A stretch of 64,000 nucleotides of DNA from Callorhinchus milii (GCF_018977255.1 NW_024704742.1:9612001-9676000); one strand, 5' to 3'; counted from the first letter of the stretch, positions 47,315 through 60,400 are shown. Notes: generated from the letters alone by a model not told the origin. Numbers and translations are program-made.

Positions 47315-48085
47315 GGACCAGCGTCTATGAGGAAAGGCAGCATCTTCCCACTGCACAAACAAAAGGGGGGGTGTGGAGAAGGAGGAGATAAAGAACTGGC
47401 AGCCGATCTCGTTACTGAATGTAGACTGTACGATTCTGGCTAAGGTGATCTCCAAGAGGATAAAGACTGACCTTGGGCAGGAAGTACACCCAGACCAGAC
47501 CTCACGCTGCTCAGGGATACCATTGTCTACATGCAGGACAGGATGGTGAAGGCCTGTCTGATCAGTCTTGATCAAGGGAGAGCCTTTGACAGGGTATCTC
47601 ACAGCTACATGGATGAGGTACTCTCCAAAATGGGCTTCGGGGAGGGAATACGCACGAGGATCCGACTGCTCTGCAAAGACATCTCTAGCGCAGTCACACC
47701 AAATGGGTACAAGGCTGAACCATTCCCCATCAGGGAGTAGGCATGGCTGTCCCCTATTCCCCACCCTGTTTATCTGCTGCATCAAACCCTTTGCACAGGC
47801 CATCAGGAGGGATAAGAGCATCAGAGGTATCACCATCCCAGGCAGCAGTGGCTCACAAGATGTAGTGCACACAGAAGCAACTCCCGACTGTTTTAAAGGG
47901 AGCTTACCCCCAAAAATTGTGTACAACCTGTGTGCAGTGAAGGAATGTAAAGTATAGAACAGAATGTTTTTGTATTGGGAGAAAGGGAAAAATATAACAG
48001 AAGATGTTGTACGTTGTCTTTGTTTTGGATTTCTGTTGTACCAAATATATTTATCAATACATATATATTTACCCCCAAAAAACCT
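47315..48085 (+). mobile_element. Tx1/L1-clade LINE fragment: decayed RT joined to a 3' UTR-like segment
   Basis: KNWQPISLLNVD, ILAKVISKRIK, VHPDQT, LISLDQGRAFDRVSH, GCPLFPTLF; then AT-rich sequence ending in an A-run. Confidence 0.85.
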
Positions 48086-48094
48086 TTTTGGTAG

Positions 48095-49550
48095 AATTAA
48101 AAAATGGTAACAGGGGAAAACAATTATTTTGGGGGGTTGCTATAGACCCCCAAGCCAGGGTGAAAGCCTCAATCTGGAACTGTGGGATGAGGTAAGGAAG
48201 GCGAACAGTAAGGGGCCAACCATAGTAATTGGAGATTTTAACTTACCAGGACTGGGATAATAATGTGACTGGGTAAAATAGGGAAGGGGTTTCCAAAGTT
48301 AAAGGAAGACTGTTTAATCACTCAGTTTGTAAAAGAGCCAACAAGGGCAGATAACAAGGGAGATTACATCTTGGATTTGATAATGAGTAACAGGGTTGAT
48401 GAAATGACATCAGACTAGGAAAATGTTATCAGTGGAGTTACACAAGGGTCTGTTTTGGGACCTCTTTTGTTTAATATTTTTATAAATGATCTGGAACTGG
48501 GAGTCGCAAGCACAGTGGCTAAGTTTGCAGATGATATCAAGGTGGTAGATTGTGAAGCTGAACAAGATAGATTAGAGGAGGATTTGAACATACCTGGGAA
48601 TTGGGCAGACCGGTGGCAGATGAAATTCAATGTGGAGAAATGTAAAGTACGTCACATGGGGACAAAATATCCATGAAGGATATTTGATATTATTTGAACA
48701 GAAGGAAAATAATATAATAACAATACTACTACTAATAATAATCCTTGCATTTGATATAGCGCTTTTCATACCTTCTAGATGTCTTAAAGCGTTTCATAGA
48801 ATATACCGTCAAATGAATTGACTGTATATTTCTGGGCGATAGGCGGTAGCCTATTATGCATACCAGTGTCCCACAAACAGTCGTGGAATCTATTATTGCT
48901 TTTTTTCTTGAAAGATTATTATCAGGCTTGTGGAGAAAGGAAACTTGCCTAAGGTTTCGCCTTTTATGTATATGTACGGAAAATGAAAATAATCTGGGGA
49001 TCCTGATTGACAATAAATTCAAGCTCTGAAACAAAGCAGTGAGTAAAGCAAACCAGATGTTGGGACATGTCAAAATATCAATAGCAAGCTGAAATAAAGG
49101 GGTAATCCTGCTACTGTATAATCTTTGATGAGACTGTACATGGAGTACTGTACACAGGTCTGGTCGCCGCAGTACAAAAAGGAAAGGATGTGGGAGAAAT
49201 TAAGAGCATACAGAGGAGAGCAACCAGAATGATTGAGGGGATGAGGGACTGGATTATGAGGAGAGACTAAGTAAATTGGGCATGTTTACGCTGGAAAAGG
49301 GAAGATTGAGCGGAGATATGATTGCTGTCTTTAAGATTCTCAGGGGGCTAGACAACATAGATCATGACAGGCTATTTCAACTAGTCCAGAATAGCAAAGC
49401 CAGAGGTCACAGCCTGCGATTAAAGTGGGGCAAATTCAGAACAAATCTACATAAACACTAATTCAGTGAATGAATAGTGAAACTGTAGAACAGGTTCCCT
49501 AGGGAAGCAGGAAGTGTTTTTTCGTGTAGCATTTCTTATGTTCTTATTTC
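48095..49550 (+). mobile_element. CR1 LINE with internal deletion, interrupted by a short-form SINE (-, 48730-48962)
   Basis: APE remnants (YRPP, VIGDFN, ILDLIMSN) abut RT motifs QGSVLGPLLFNIFINDL and KFADD; (TTCTTATG)n tail. Confidence 0.85.
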
Positions 49551-49554
49551 CGCA

Positions 49555-50695
49555 TTGACTTTTTGATAAAGTAACGGAGATGGTGGATGAAGGTAGCGCA
49601 GGCAACGTAATTTATATGGATTTTCAAAAATCGTTTGATAAAATGCCACATAAGAGACTTGTAAGTAAAATAGAAGCCCATGGTATTAAAAGGACAGTGA
49701 CAACGTGGATACAGAACTGGTTGGGAGACAGAAAGCAGAGAGTGGTGGTGAACGGTTGTTTTTCTGACTGGAGGGAAGTGAGCAGTGGTGTCCCCCAGGG
49801 GTTAGTATTGGGACCACTGCTGTTTTTGATCTATATAAATAACATGGACTTAGGTATAGGGAATACAGTTTCCAAGTTTGCAGATGACACTAAGCTAGGA
49901 AAAGTAATAAACAGTGAGGAGGATAGTAGCAGACTGTAAGGGGTCATTGATTGATTGGTAAAATGGGCCGACACGTGGCAGATGAAGTTTAATGTGGAGA
50001 AATGCGAAGTGATGCATTTTGGGAGGAAGAATGAGGAGAGACGATATAATGATGGTACAATCATAAAGGGGGGGAAGGAACAGAGTTTCATATAAGTAAA
50101 TCTTTGAAGGTGTCAGGACAGGTAGATAACGCTGTTAAAAAAGCATATGGGTACCAGGCTTTATAAATAGGGGCATAGAATACAAAAGTCAGGAAGTTCT
50201 GATGAATCTTTATAAAACACTGGTTAGTCCTCAGTGAGAGACTGCGTTCAGTTCTGGGCACCACACTTTAGAATGGATGTCAAGGCATTGGAGAGGGTGC
50301 AAAGGAGATTTACCGGGATGGTACCAGGAATGAGGGATTTCAGTTATCAGGAGAGATGAACAAGGAGGAACTATTTCCACTGGCGGGTGGGTCGGTAACC
50401 CGAGGACACCAATTTAACATAGTTGTTAAAAGAAACAGAAGGGAGGTAAGGAGACATTTTTTCACACAGCGAGTTGTTTGCATCTGGAATGCATTGCCTG
50501 AAAGGGTGGTGGAAGCCGATTCGATAACAACTTTTAAGAGAGTAGCTAATTATTTGGGGAGAACAAGTTTGCAGGGCTATGGGGAGAGATGGTGGGCTGG
50601 GATTGACTTGGGTAGATGTTTTCAAAGAGCTGGCGCAGACACGATGGGCTGAATGGACTCCTTCTGTGCTGTATAATTCTATGATTCTATGATTA
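49555..50695 (+). mobile_element. CR1 LINE, RT region to 3' end
   Basis: VIYMDFQKSFDK, SGVPQGLVLGPLLFLIYIN, KFADDTKL; canonical (ATTCTATG)n terminus; in-frame stops. Confidence 0.95.
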
Positions 50696-51084
50696 GAATA
50701 CACATACCTCGTTAAGCAATTTTACTCTGTGGAATGGAGAGTTGAGAATATTTCCATAGCCTAGGAGTAACACATGAGTGAACAATATATGTAAACATGT
50801 ACACGTGCAGCCACCCCAGGGCAGGGAGCAGAGGTTAGTGGTGTGGGAACATAAGCCGATAATGGAATTGGCAACTGAACGCACATTCCATGGAGTGTGG
50901 CGTTGATATCCAAGGGATCATTGCTCCCCTGCTCTGCAGTGCACAAAGCATGCTGATCAATTTTAAAAAAATATTTTCCTTTTTTAAAGGGACCATGTCA
51001 CACTGATATAAAGGAGTCTGGAAACACTTCTTTTCCTGGGTGGGAGAAGTGGTGGAGAAACCATTGGGTAATACTAAGACGTTC

Positions 51085-51822
51085 TAAGCCAGTCAGGAAC
51101 CTGGGTATCTTGTGTGACCATGAACTGTCCTTTCTCCCCCACATCCGTGCCATGACCGGCACTGCCTACCACCACCCCCGCAACATTGTGAGACTCCGCC
51201 ACTGCCTCACCCCTCAGGCTGCCGAAACCCTCACCCACACATTCGTCACATCAAGGCTCGATTACGGAAACTCCCTCCACATCGGCCTTCCCAACTTTTC
51301 CCTTCACAAGCTGCAGATCATCCAAAATTCTGCAGCTCGTGTACTCTCACGCATCACTCCCACCCTCGCCCGACTCCACTGGCTCCCCATCCCCCAGAGA
51401 GAGAGAATCCCCCAGAGGATCGAGTTCAAGATCCTCGTCCTCACTTTCAAGGCCATCCATGGCCTCCCCCTTCCTACCTCTCTGACCTGCTGACTCCATA
51501 CCAGCCTGCCCGCTCCCTCCGTTCAGCGGAATCTGGCCTGCTCCATGTCTCTGCTCAACCCGCTCGACCATCGGTGGCTGGGCTTTCAGACTCTCTGCCC
51601 CCATAATCTGGAACTCCATCCCACAGTCCCTTCCCCTTGCTTCCTCCCTTGCCTCCTTCAAGGCCGGTCTCAAGACCCTTCTCTCACCTCTCTGCCTTTC
51701 CTCACCCCTACACCACCCCTCCCCCTAATTCGGGCTCCAACACCTGACTGTTCAGCGCTTTGGGACATCCTCCCAATTTGAAAGGTGCTCTATAAATGTA
51801 ATTTTGTTGTTGTTGTTGTTGT
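51085..51822 (+). mobile_element. L2 LINE 3' ~740 nt
   Basis: [24 protein letters not shown]; tail GCGCTTTGGGACATCCTCCC...(GTT)n. Confidence 0.93.
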
Positions 51823-51949
51823 GTACAAATGTAATTTTCTATTATATTGCTTTTGCGTGATTCATAGCCATGCGTTAATATCATGAAATACCACAAACGT
51901 TGCTACTATACAATATTTTTAACACAATCAGTGACATTGAATCCAAGAT

Positions 51950-52706
51950 GACATGCTTGGCAATGAATGTCAGAACTGAGTCACCCTTAGTGGCGGTCTC
52001 GATAGTCCATTTCCTGGGCCAGGCATCAGCAGTGCCCTGATTCCAGAGTGCTGCTGATGACAGCATAGTCTCCAAGACTTGGAAGGTAAGATCAGTCACT
52101 GGGGACTCTTCCCATTAAGCTCCTGTTAACCCTGCAAACCCAAGCTCTAACAGCTGGAAAATCAGATGGAAAGCTTGCCAGACAGTGCTTTCAATGGCAA
52201 GCTAATTAGCTGGTTAGACTCCAGCATTCACACACCCTCTGGGTCTCAGGCACATCTCTACTTATTATAATCTCTCACTGTTGCCTTCTTTTGTCATGTG
52301 CTATCAACACCTCTGATGTCATCATTTTCTGTCCCCCACCTATTTTTCTTTCCTCGCCCCCTTCTTTGTTTGCCCTTATAAACTACTCCCTTCCAACATC
52401 CCCTAGGTCTGACAAAGGTTCATCAGACTGAAACCTTCACTCACTTTTCTTTCTCCATGGATGCTGTCTGACCTGCTGAGTGTTCCCAGCAACTTTGGTT
52501 TTTATTCCAACATGCTCTGAGGTCCCCAAGTCTTGGCTCTTGCCAAGTTGCAGGACAAGGTAAGCAGGATGCACCCCTCCAGAGGGATGTGCGCATTCCA
52601 TTCCAAATAAAGATGGGTATTTCCATGTGCAGGTAGCAGGCATAGCTGGATATTCTTCAGCATGGTGATGGGTTTCTGCATGTGGCAGACCCCAGTTGAC
52701 CAAAAT
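51950..52706 (-). repeat. Unclassified ancient repeat, interrupted by a Penelope-like fragment
   Basis: Collinear with 32200-33163. Confidence 0.72.
52250..52508 (+). mobile_element. Penelope-like element terminal fragment with a decayed hammerhead core
   Basis: Pyrimidine-rich segment, CTGACAA...GAAAC, then TCTCCATGGATGCTGTCTGACCTGCTGAG shared with 58411-58500. Confidence 0.6.
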
Positions 52707-53344
52707 AATTGGCACAATTGACCTTCCTGGGGAATAATAATAATAATAATAATAATAATCCTTGCATTTGTTAAATCTGAAGGAAAAGAAACAAGTTTAC
52801 TTTTCAGTTTTTTATGTGCAAGGTGATCCTTTTTAGCTTTCACAAGCTATGTCGAGTTCCATGAAACCAGCTCCTGAGCCCAGAATTCTGACCTCTGCTA
52901 TTTACCCTTAAGTTCTTGCCAATGGGATCTTGCAGTGTCAGAGTGCAAGTGTGGGGCATGGGTGCATGGAAGTCACAGAACCACAGCTGACCTTCACTGA
53001 AAGAACCTCTATGTGTTCAGAATGTATGGTTTATTGTGCACTCTGATTACACCTGCCTTCAAACACAAAATAACTGGATGGGTCCAGAACTATCAGTCAC
53101 ACAAGCTGGGGCAAGGATATTTCACCCAAAAAATATACAGTCAATTCACTTTACAGTATAGTCTGGTGAGACGTCTCGAAGACGTGATGAGGTGCTATAT
53201 CTCATGCAAGGATTATTATCATAATTTCACGAGGAACTGCAGGACTTGCTCACGATGGGGAGGGGAAAGGGTGGTAGAAGATCAGACAGATTCATTCCTC
53301 CACTTTCCTGCTTTGAGGGAGGTAATAAAATAATAGCAATAATA

Positions 53345-53750
53345 ATAATAAGAAGAATCCTTACATTTAATTGCATTCAGGAGGATATTTCATAACGCTT
53401 CACAAGATTTACTGTGAGGTGTTTTTACTGTGTGTTTTGCAGCTGAATTAGGCAGCTAATTTATGCATTATAATGTCCTCCAAACCATCATGAAATGAAT
53501 GACCAATTTTATTTGGGAGATTGTTGGTCAGGACATCAGAAAAAACTCCCTTCTATTTTTGAATAGTGCCGTGAGATCTTTAATGCCCATCTGAAACAGG
53601 CAGACTAATTTAACATGTCATCTAAAGGATGGCACCTCCAACAATGCAGCACAACCCCAGCACTGCATGAAGTGTCAGCCAAGACTATGTGAATTCAAAG
53701 CCCCAACTCAGAAACTAGAGTGCTACTGACTAAGCCAGGCTGACACAATG
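53345..53750 (-). mobile_element. Older Deu-type tRNA SINE
   Basis: Family blocks as at 35650-36045. Confidence 0.78.
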
Positions 53751-54530
53751 ACTAATCACAAAATAACACAGACAACGGTTGGAGACACAGAGACATCTGT
53801 TGCCGTCACTTGTGGTAGCGGCTTAATGAGAAATCGTCACCACTACTGTTTCAGGGAAAGCAGGGAAAGAAGAAGAATCCTTCCATTTAATTACTGCCTT
53901 TTGCATTCAGGAGGATATTTCATAAGCTTCACAAGATTTACTGTAAGGTGTTTTTTGTAGTCTTGTTGTTAGAGCACTCGCCTCACAAGCGAGAGACCTG
54001 GTTTTAATTCCTGGACAGGGCAAAGTGTTGGGCAAGTTTCCTTACTCCACATGCTTCTGTTTCACAGTAGTTGCTGTGTGAGAGCTGAAAATGCCGTGAT
54101 AGATTCCAGTAATGAACTCCTCTCAGCACAGTCAGTGAAAGTCCCTAAATAGCAATGAAGCTTACGTGGCAATGGCAAAGAGTTCCAGCAATCAAGCACA
54201 TCAAAGGAATTTTTTTTTAAATTACAGGACAAAGGTCTTTAGTACCTGTTCAGACTTGATGAACATTCTAATATCAACCGCAACTGCATTCCTGAAATGG
54301 TTTCCCAGTGAGGTCAGAAAAAGTACCTCCTGGAACGTCATCGATCATAGACTGAGAGCTAGCATATTGCACCAATTGGCAGGTTTGCTGTTGTTATTGT
54401 CCCACATCGTCAATATCTTTACCCCTCAGTATGATTTTACTACATTGGAATTCATGCTCCTAACATTGGCTCACGTGAGAATAAGGATCCATTTTAAAAG
54501 CAGTTTGATACTGTGATGGGGGAATGGTAA

Positions 54531-54925
54531 GGTGGATTCTGCAGTTCAGTGGTTAGAGCACTCGCATCACAAGAAAGAGACCTGGGTTTGATTCCCGGCA
54601 GGGCAAAACGTTAGGCAAGTTTCCTTATTCCACACGCCCTCTGTTTTCCTAGCAGTAAATAGCAACATGGTTGTTAGTCGATTTGTGGATTGCCTTTCTG
54701 GGGGTAATAGTTCCTTCAAAAATTAAATAAATAAATAATGAATTGGTAACTTAATCCGCGACTGTTGTCGGACACTGCCATGTCATAATTGGCTGTCGTG
54801 TTTCGCGCACAAAATATGTAGTGAATTCACTTGACAGATATCCTGTGAAGCGTTTTGAGAAGTCTTGAAGATATGATAAGGTGCTATATCAAATGCAAGG
54901 ATTATTATTATTATTTTATTATTGT
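54531..54925 (+). mobile_element. tRNA-derived SINE, full-length long form
   Basis: Head, body and tail. Confidence 0.92.
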
Positions 54926-55661
54926 TGTGGAAGGATGAGATTGGATGAGCCAAAAGGTCTTCTTCATTCTAACCAATCTTGTGATAAAATGTCTCGTGTA
55001 AATAATCACTGCACTTAAATCAATCAGTAAGCAGAAAACCGGATTGCTCTGGAGTTTCTAGAAGGTATTTCAAGGTAAAATAATGACACTTAATTGGGCA
55101 GGTGGTCGTTAAAGATCCCATGATACTACTTGAAGAGAGCAGGGAGTTTCTCCCTATATCCTGGCCAACATTCCCCGAAATAATAATTGGTCACTCATTT
55201 CATGGCTATTTGTGGGGCATCATTGTGCACAAATTGGCTGCCATTTTGCCCACTAAATCAGCAGTCACTACACTTTACAATAAAAATATACCAACTGAAC
55301 TAAAGTGCTGCCGAGTCTTTAATACTGATTACTGAAACACTGCACCATGCACTGGTGGGACATGGGTTTTGATTATGATCACAATTATCAGCATAGGGAT
55401 TTCATGATCTCTGTGCTACCAGGGGCAGATACCAAGGGGAGTTTTATACTTACAGGAATGGAAAGAAAATTAGATTGAGAGACAACTGAGGATGCTTTAG
55501 GGTACATCACAAGACTACATCACCAACCATATGTCAAAGCCAGTGCCTGTCAACAGATAACATATGTGGATATCGGATTAGAAAGATAAAGAGCTTTCAT
55601 GGATTCATAAAATGATGGGCAATGACTTCCTTACCTTCCATTCTTAATTAATTTATCATTT

Positions 55662-56020
55662 GAGGAGTTCTGTAGCTAAATAGTCAGAGCACTCGCCTCG
55701 CAAGCAAGAGACCTGGGTTTGAATCCCGGCAAGGGGAAACGTTGGGCATGTTTCCTTACTCCACACACCTCTGTTTTCCTAGCAGGAAGTAGGACCCAGT
55801 TGTTATTCAATTGGTGGACCACTTTTCCTGGGCTAATAATCCCTTTGATAAAGAATAAATAAATAATAATAATAATTTGGTCATGACTGTTTATGGGACA
55901 CTGCTGTGTGTAATTGGCTGCCCTGTTTCGCCCACAAAGCGTACAGTCAATTCATTTTACGGTATATTCTGTGAAGCACTTTGAGATGTCTAGAACAAAG
56001 GATTATTATTTATTTTTATT
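55662..56020 (+). mobile_element. tRNA-derived SINE, long form
   Basis: Head, body and tail. Confidence 0.9.
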
Positions 56021-56489
56021 GCCCAGTAAGAGCAGACTAATTAAAATATCAGTCAAGGTTTCATTAGAACCTGCAACTTGCAACAGCACCATGCTGCTGG
56101 AATCGTTTCTCTCTTCAAAGATTTTATTCTGCTTCTTATATGAATGTCACAGCGAATTGCAGATTCATATCATTTTGAAGGACAGTTCAGTCACCAACTA
56201 ATCAAAATTGATGTTCATAATGAGAATTTTAATTTCCTTGATGCCAGCAGTCACAAGGGCCAGCTGGAAGCTGCTTGTACATTCTGGGCATCAGCAACAG
56301 TGTAGAATATGCTGCAGTCATTTCCTGTCAATCTGAGCATTCTGGTCATTATAATATTAGAGTGGGCTTATAGAGAATGTAGAGTAAAGCAATGAGGCTG
56401 ATACCCAGTGTCAAAGGAATGGGATATGAGGAGCTACGAGGAAGAAATGGATCAGACTTGGCTCCTCAGGCTTGAAAAAAGCATTATGC

Positions 56490-56740
56490 AACACAATACA
56501 AGATTACATATATAAAGCACCTTTCACATTGGGACGACATCCCAAGGCACTGGACAATCAGGGATTTGGTCCTTATCCGGGGGTGGGGTTGGAATCAGGA
56601 AGGGTGGAAGGCAGGGAAGGTAGGAGGGTGGCCAAAGGTGCGCTTGAAGAGGAGGGTCTTGAGACCTGCCTTGAGGAAGGCAAGGGAGGAGACGAAGCAG
56701 AGGGAATGTGGGCTGGAGCTCCAATGGGTGGGGGCATAAA
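56490..56740 (-). mobile_element. L2 LINE 3' end inserted in an old CR1 fragment (~56260-56995, +)
   Basis: L2 tail stem-loop; FLKAGLKTLLF. Confidence 0.82.
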
Positions 56741-57325
56741 AGGATACAGAATATGAAACAGTGAGAGAGTTAATCCACAACAATATTTTTAGATACACTG
56801 AGGTAGCAGAAAAAAAGGGCACAGTTTTGTTTCAGGGTTGTGCAGGACAATTTTAGAAGAAACATCAAGAAGTATTTTGTTACACAGAAGATGATCAATG
56901 ACTGGAACAGGTTACCAAGAAGGACTTCTGTTAGAGGACAGAAACTGGATACATTTAAGGAACAGCTTATTGGTGGAAATGGGGTTGAGTGGTCGGTCAG
57001 GTGAGTATCAATAGAAAGATGACATCAAATAAGTGAAAGAGTTTTCTTCCTCCAAATCCTTGCATTTGATAAAGTACCCTTCCAAGTCTTTGAGATGTCC
57101 CAAAGTGCTTCACAGAATATACTGTAAAGTGAATTGGTTGTATATTTTGTGAGGAAATGCGGCAGCCAATTGCGCATAACAGTGTCCCACAAACAGGCGT
57201 TGATTGAGTGACCAATTTTTTTTATGGTGCTGTATGACTGTTGCTTCTTTCTAGTTTTATGACAGGGCAGAAAAAAAATTCTTAACAAATCACTTAACAG
57301 CTCGGGAGATCTTTCTAATATCTCC

Positions 57326-57632
57326 CGAGTCCTGTAGCTCAGTGGTTAGAGCATTCACCTTGCAAGCGAGACACCGGGGTTCAATTCCAGGCAGGACGAA
57401 ACTTTGGGCAAGTTTCCTTACTCCACATGCCTGATAATAATCCCTCCAAAATAAAAAAAACAATAATAAATTGGTCATTTTCAATCCACGACTGTTTGTG
57501 GGACACTGCTGCCGCGTTTCGTCCACAAATATACAGTCAATTCACTTTAAAGTATATGCTGTGAAGCACTTTGAGAAGTCTAGAAGACGTGAAAAACGCT
57601 ATATCAAATGCAAGGATTATTATTATATTACC
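57326..57632 (+). mobile_element. tRNA-derived SINE, short form with TAGAA-loop tail
   Basis: CTCCACATGCCTGATAATAATCCC deletion junction. Confidence 0.92.
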
Positions 57633-57849
57633 ATTAATATATATTCCTCTTTGAAACACCTTAAATCGTGTCTGAAACAGAGCAGAATTCCAGCCGCGTG
57701 GATTCATGATAACTGACGGCTTTCTTTGCCTTTTGTTTTCAAAATGTGGATTTTGTGTTCAACTCCTTTCCTGACTGTTCTATAGCAGCAATATAAAACG
57801 TCAATATTAACAGCAAGTTTATTCGCCCAATATGTTCATTAAGCCCATT

Positions 57850-58135
57850 CATGTAGCTTAGTGGTTAGAGCACTCGCCTCGCAAGCGAGGGGACCTGGTT
57901 TTCCGAGCAGGGCAAAACAATGGGCAAGTCTGCTTACTCCACACACCTCTGTTTACCTAGCGGTAAGTAGGAACCCAGTTGTTAGTCGATCGGCGTATCA
58001 CTTTCCTGGGGTAATAATCCCTTAAAAAATAATACTAATAATTTGGTCACTCAATCCATGACTGTTTGTGGAATACAGCTGTGTGCAATTGGCTGCCGCA
58101 TTTCACTCACAAAATATACAGTCACTACACTTTAC
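57850..58135 (+). mobile_element. tRNA-derived SINE, long form lacking its tail
   Basis: Head and body. Confidence 0.88.
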
Positions 58136-58316
58136 ATTTATATCATATAAAATATATTTTTGTATGAGCACATTTGTAAATTCTGGTACTTGAAATGTCC
58201 TGAAGATCCACCAAACATTTTTATTGACCAGTTGCACGCATCGAATTAACAGACGTGTCATGAACGCACATGGACGCACATAGGTGCGAAATGTCAACAG
58301 AGAGTAAAGAATTTTA

Positions 58317-58505
58317 AACCAAAAAAGAAGTCTCTGGGAAAACTCAGCAGATCAGGCAGCATCTATGGAGAAACGAAAGTGACAAAGGATCGTGGGCCCG
58401 AAACGTTGCCTCACTTTCCTTTCTCCATAGATGCTGTCTGACCTGCTGACTGTTCCCAGTGACTCCGGTTTTGGTTTCAGATTTCCAGCATCTGCAATAT
58501 TTTGG
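58317..58505. mobile_element. Fold-back Penelope-like remnant (66-bp inverted arms)
   Basis: Arms 58317-58382 and 58411-58476; the loop carries TGACAA-stem-GAAACGTT. Confidence 0.7.
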
Positions 58506-58983
58506 TTGTACAAAGAATCTTAAGACAGTTTCACAATTTCAAAAACTCCTACAGTGGGGATATCACCTGAGAAACAGTACTCCAGCAGCTAAAAATAGCT
58601 ATGTCGTCAAAGCGTATGTATGCACCTGTTAACTTATAAACCACACTTATCAGATCTCGTCAAGGCAATTGTATTTACTGGAAACAATCTGACATAAATA
58701 GCCAGCGCCCCATACTGTAGGATTGCAGCACAACCAGACTGCACCAATTGCTGGCACAAAGTGAAAGCTTTCAACACAAGCACTGCAGTTAACATTCCTT
58801 CATCCATAACAATTAAACAGACCCCAAGCTGGATGTACACTGCAAAAAAAAACCTGCCAATTCACTCAGTCATGCGATCCATTATAAGAACAATGTGGCC
58901 AATCAAACCCGTTCCTTATACAGACCACATCAATTCAGTCTTAAATGGATGAAGGACTGTACCTCCAAACCCTAAACATTAGC

Positions 58984-59425
58984 AACAACAACAACAACAC
59001 GATTCCATTTATAGAGCGCCTTTCATGTCGGGAGGACGTCCCAAGGCGCTGGACAGTTGGGTCAGGACCCGAGCAGTGGGGGAAATGGTCAGGGTGAGGG
59101 GAGGGAAGGGAGTGAGCGAGGAGGGGGTAGAGAGTCGAGAGGGGAGCTGAAGGCACGGTCAAAGAAAAAGGTCTTGAGACCGGCCTTGAAGGACGAAAGG
59201 GAGGAGGCGGCGAAGGCACTGGGGATGGAGTTCCAGAGCCTCGGGGCTGAGAGGCTGAAGGCCCGACCACCGATGGTAGGGCCGTTGGGGCGGGGGATGT
59301 GGTGCAGACCGGAGACAGAGGAACGGAGGGTATTGGTAGGTAGGTAGGGGGATAGTAGGTCGGAGAGGTAGGAGGGAGCGAGGCCGTGAATGGCCTTGTA
59401 GGTGAGGATGAGGATCTTGAATTCG
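58984..59425 (-). mobile_element. L2 LINE 3' end, young and CpG-rich
   Basis: EFKILILTYKAIHGLAPSYLSDLL; tail GCGCCTTGGGACGTCCTCCCGACATGAAAGGCGC...(GTT)n. Confidence 0.93.
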
Positions 59426-60046
59426 AAAGAGTATATAAAGCCTTTACGTTAAATACCACCGATATTTAAACAAATGTCACCATTCTTGGCGCTTAAAGTG
59501 TTTCCATAACCTTTTGATCATGCAATTATCTGAGTCAAAACTAAACAAAAAAGAGCCCAGGCTCAGTACAATTTCCAAAGTTCAAGGCGGTGAGAGAAGC
59601 CTCAGGCAGAGGCTCATCAGCTCTGCTCATGTCACTTGTGACATGATCTGATATCCATCATTGTGTAACTGTCTTAAGATTCATCTGCTGCTGTTGTTAT
59701 ATTTATTATCTATTTATTACTGGAATGGAATGCCTTTTCCAACATATTTTAAAATCTTTCCTCCCTCAATATTGATTTTCCCATGAGAATTACCAGAATG
59801 CTAAAGGGCAGAAATAGATACGCAAAATTCTCGAGAGGTTTCAGGCACAAAACCATCCTCTCTCCTGTCCTCCTCCCTGTGCAGTGCTGGGGAGCGCTGC
59901 ATTGTTGCAGGTGCCGTCCTTCAGATGAGATGTTAATCCAAAGTCATGTCTGCCTGTTCAGGCGGGGTCATCAAAATTCCTTTGACACTATTTGAAAAGA
60001 GAAAGGAGTTTCTCCCAATGTCCTGGTCACTAATCCCCCACATCAA

Positions 60047-60400
60047 GTGGAGTCCTGTAGGTCAGTGGTTAGAGCACTCGCTTCGCAAGCGAGAGACCTG
60101 GGTTCAATTCCCGGCAGGGCGAAACATTGGGCAAGTTTACTTACTCCACATACCTCTGTTTACCAGCAGTAAGTAGGAACCCGGTTGTTAGTAGATTGAT
60201 GGATTGCTTTTCCAGGGGCAATAATACTTTCAAAACAATAATAAATTGGTCATTCAATCCATGACCGTTTGTGGGACATTGTTGTGTGCCCAAAATATAC
60301 AGTCAATTTACTGCACAGTATATTCTGAGAAGCGCTTTGAGACGTCTTGAAGACGTGATAAGGCGCTATATCAAATGCAATAATTATTATTATCATTATT
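60047..60400 (+). mobile_element. tRNA-derived SINE nested in an older Deu-type SINE (59880-60046 and 60401-60562)
   Basis: The older element's body resumes at AAATTGGTCATTCAC after the younger element's tail. Confidence 0.88.

Noticed and set aside
47222..47926. Longest ORF in the track (234 aa, minus strand)
   Set aside because: Antisense shadow of the Tx1/L1 RT fragment running into a SINE
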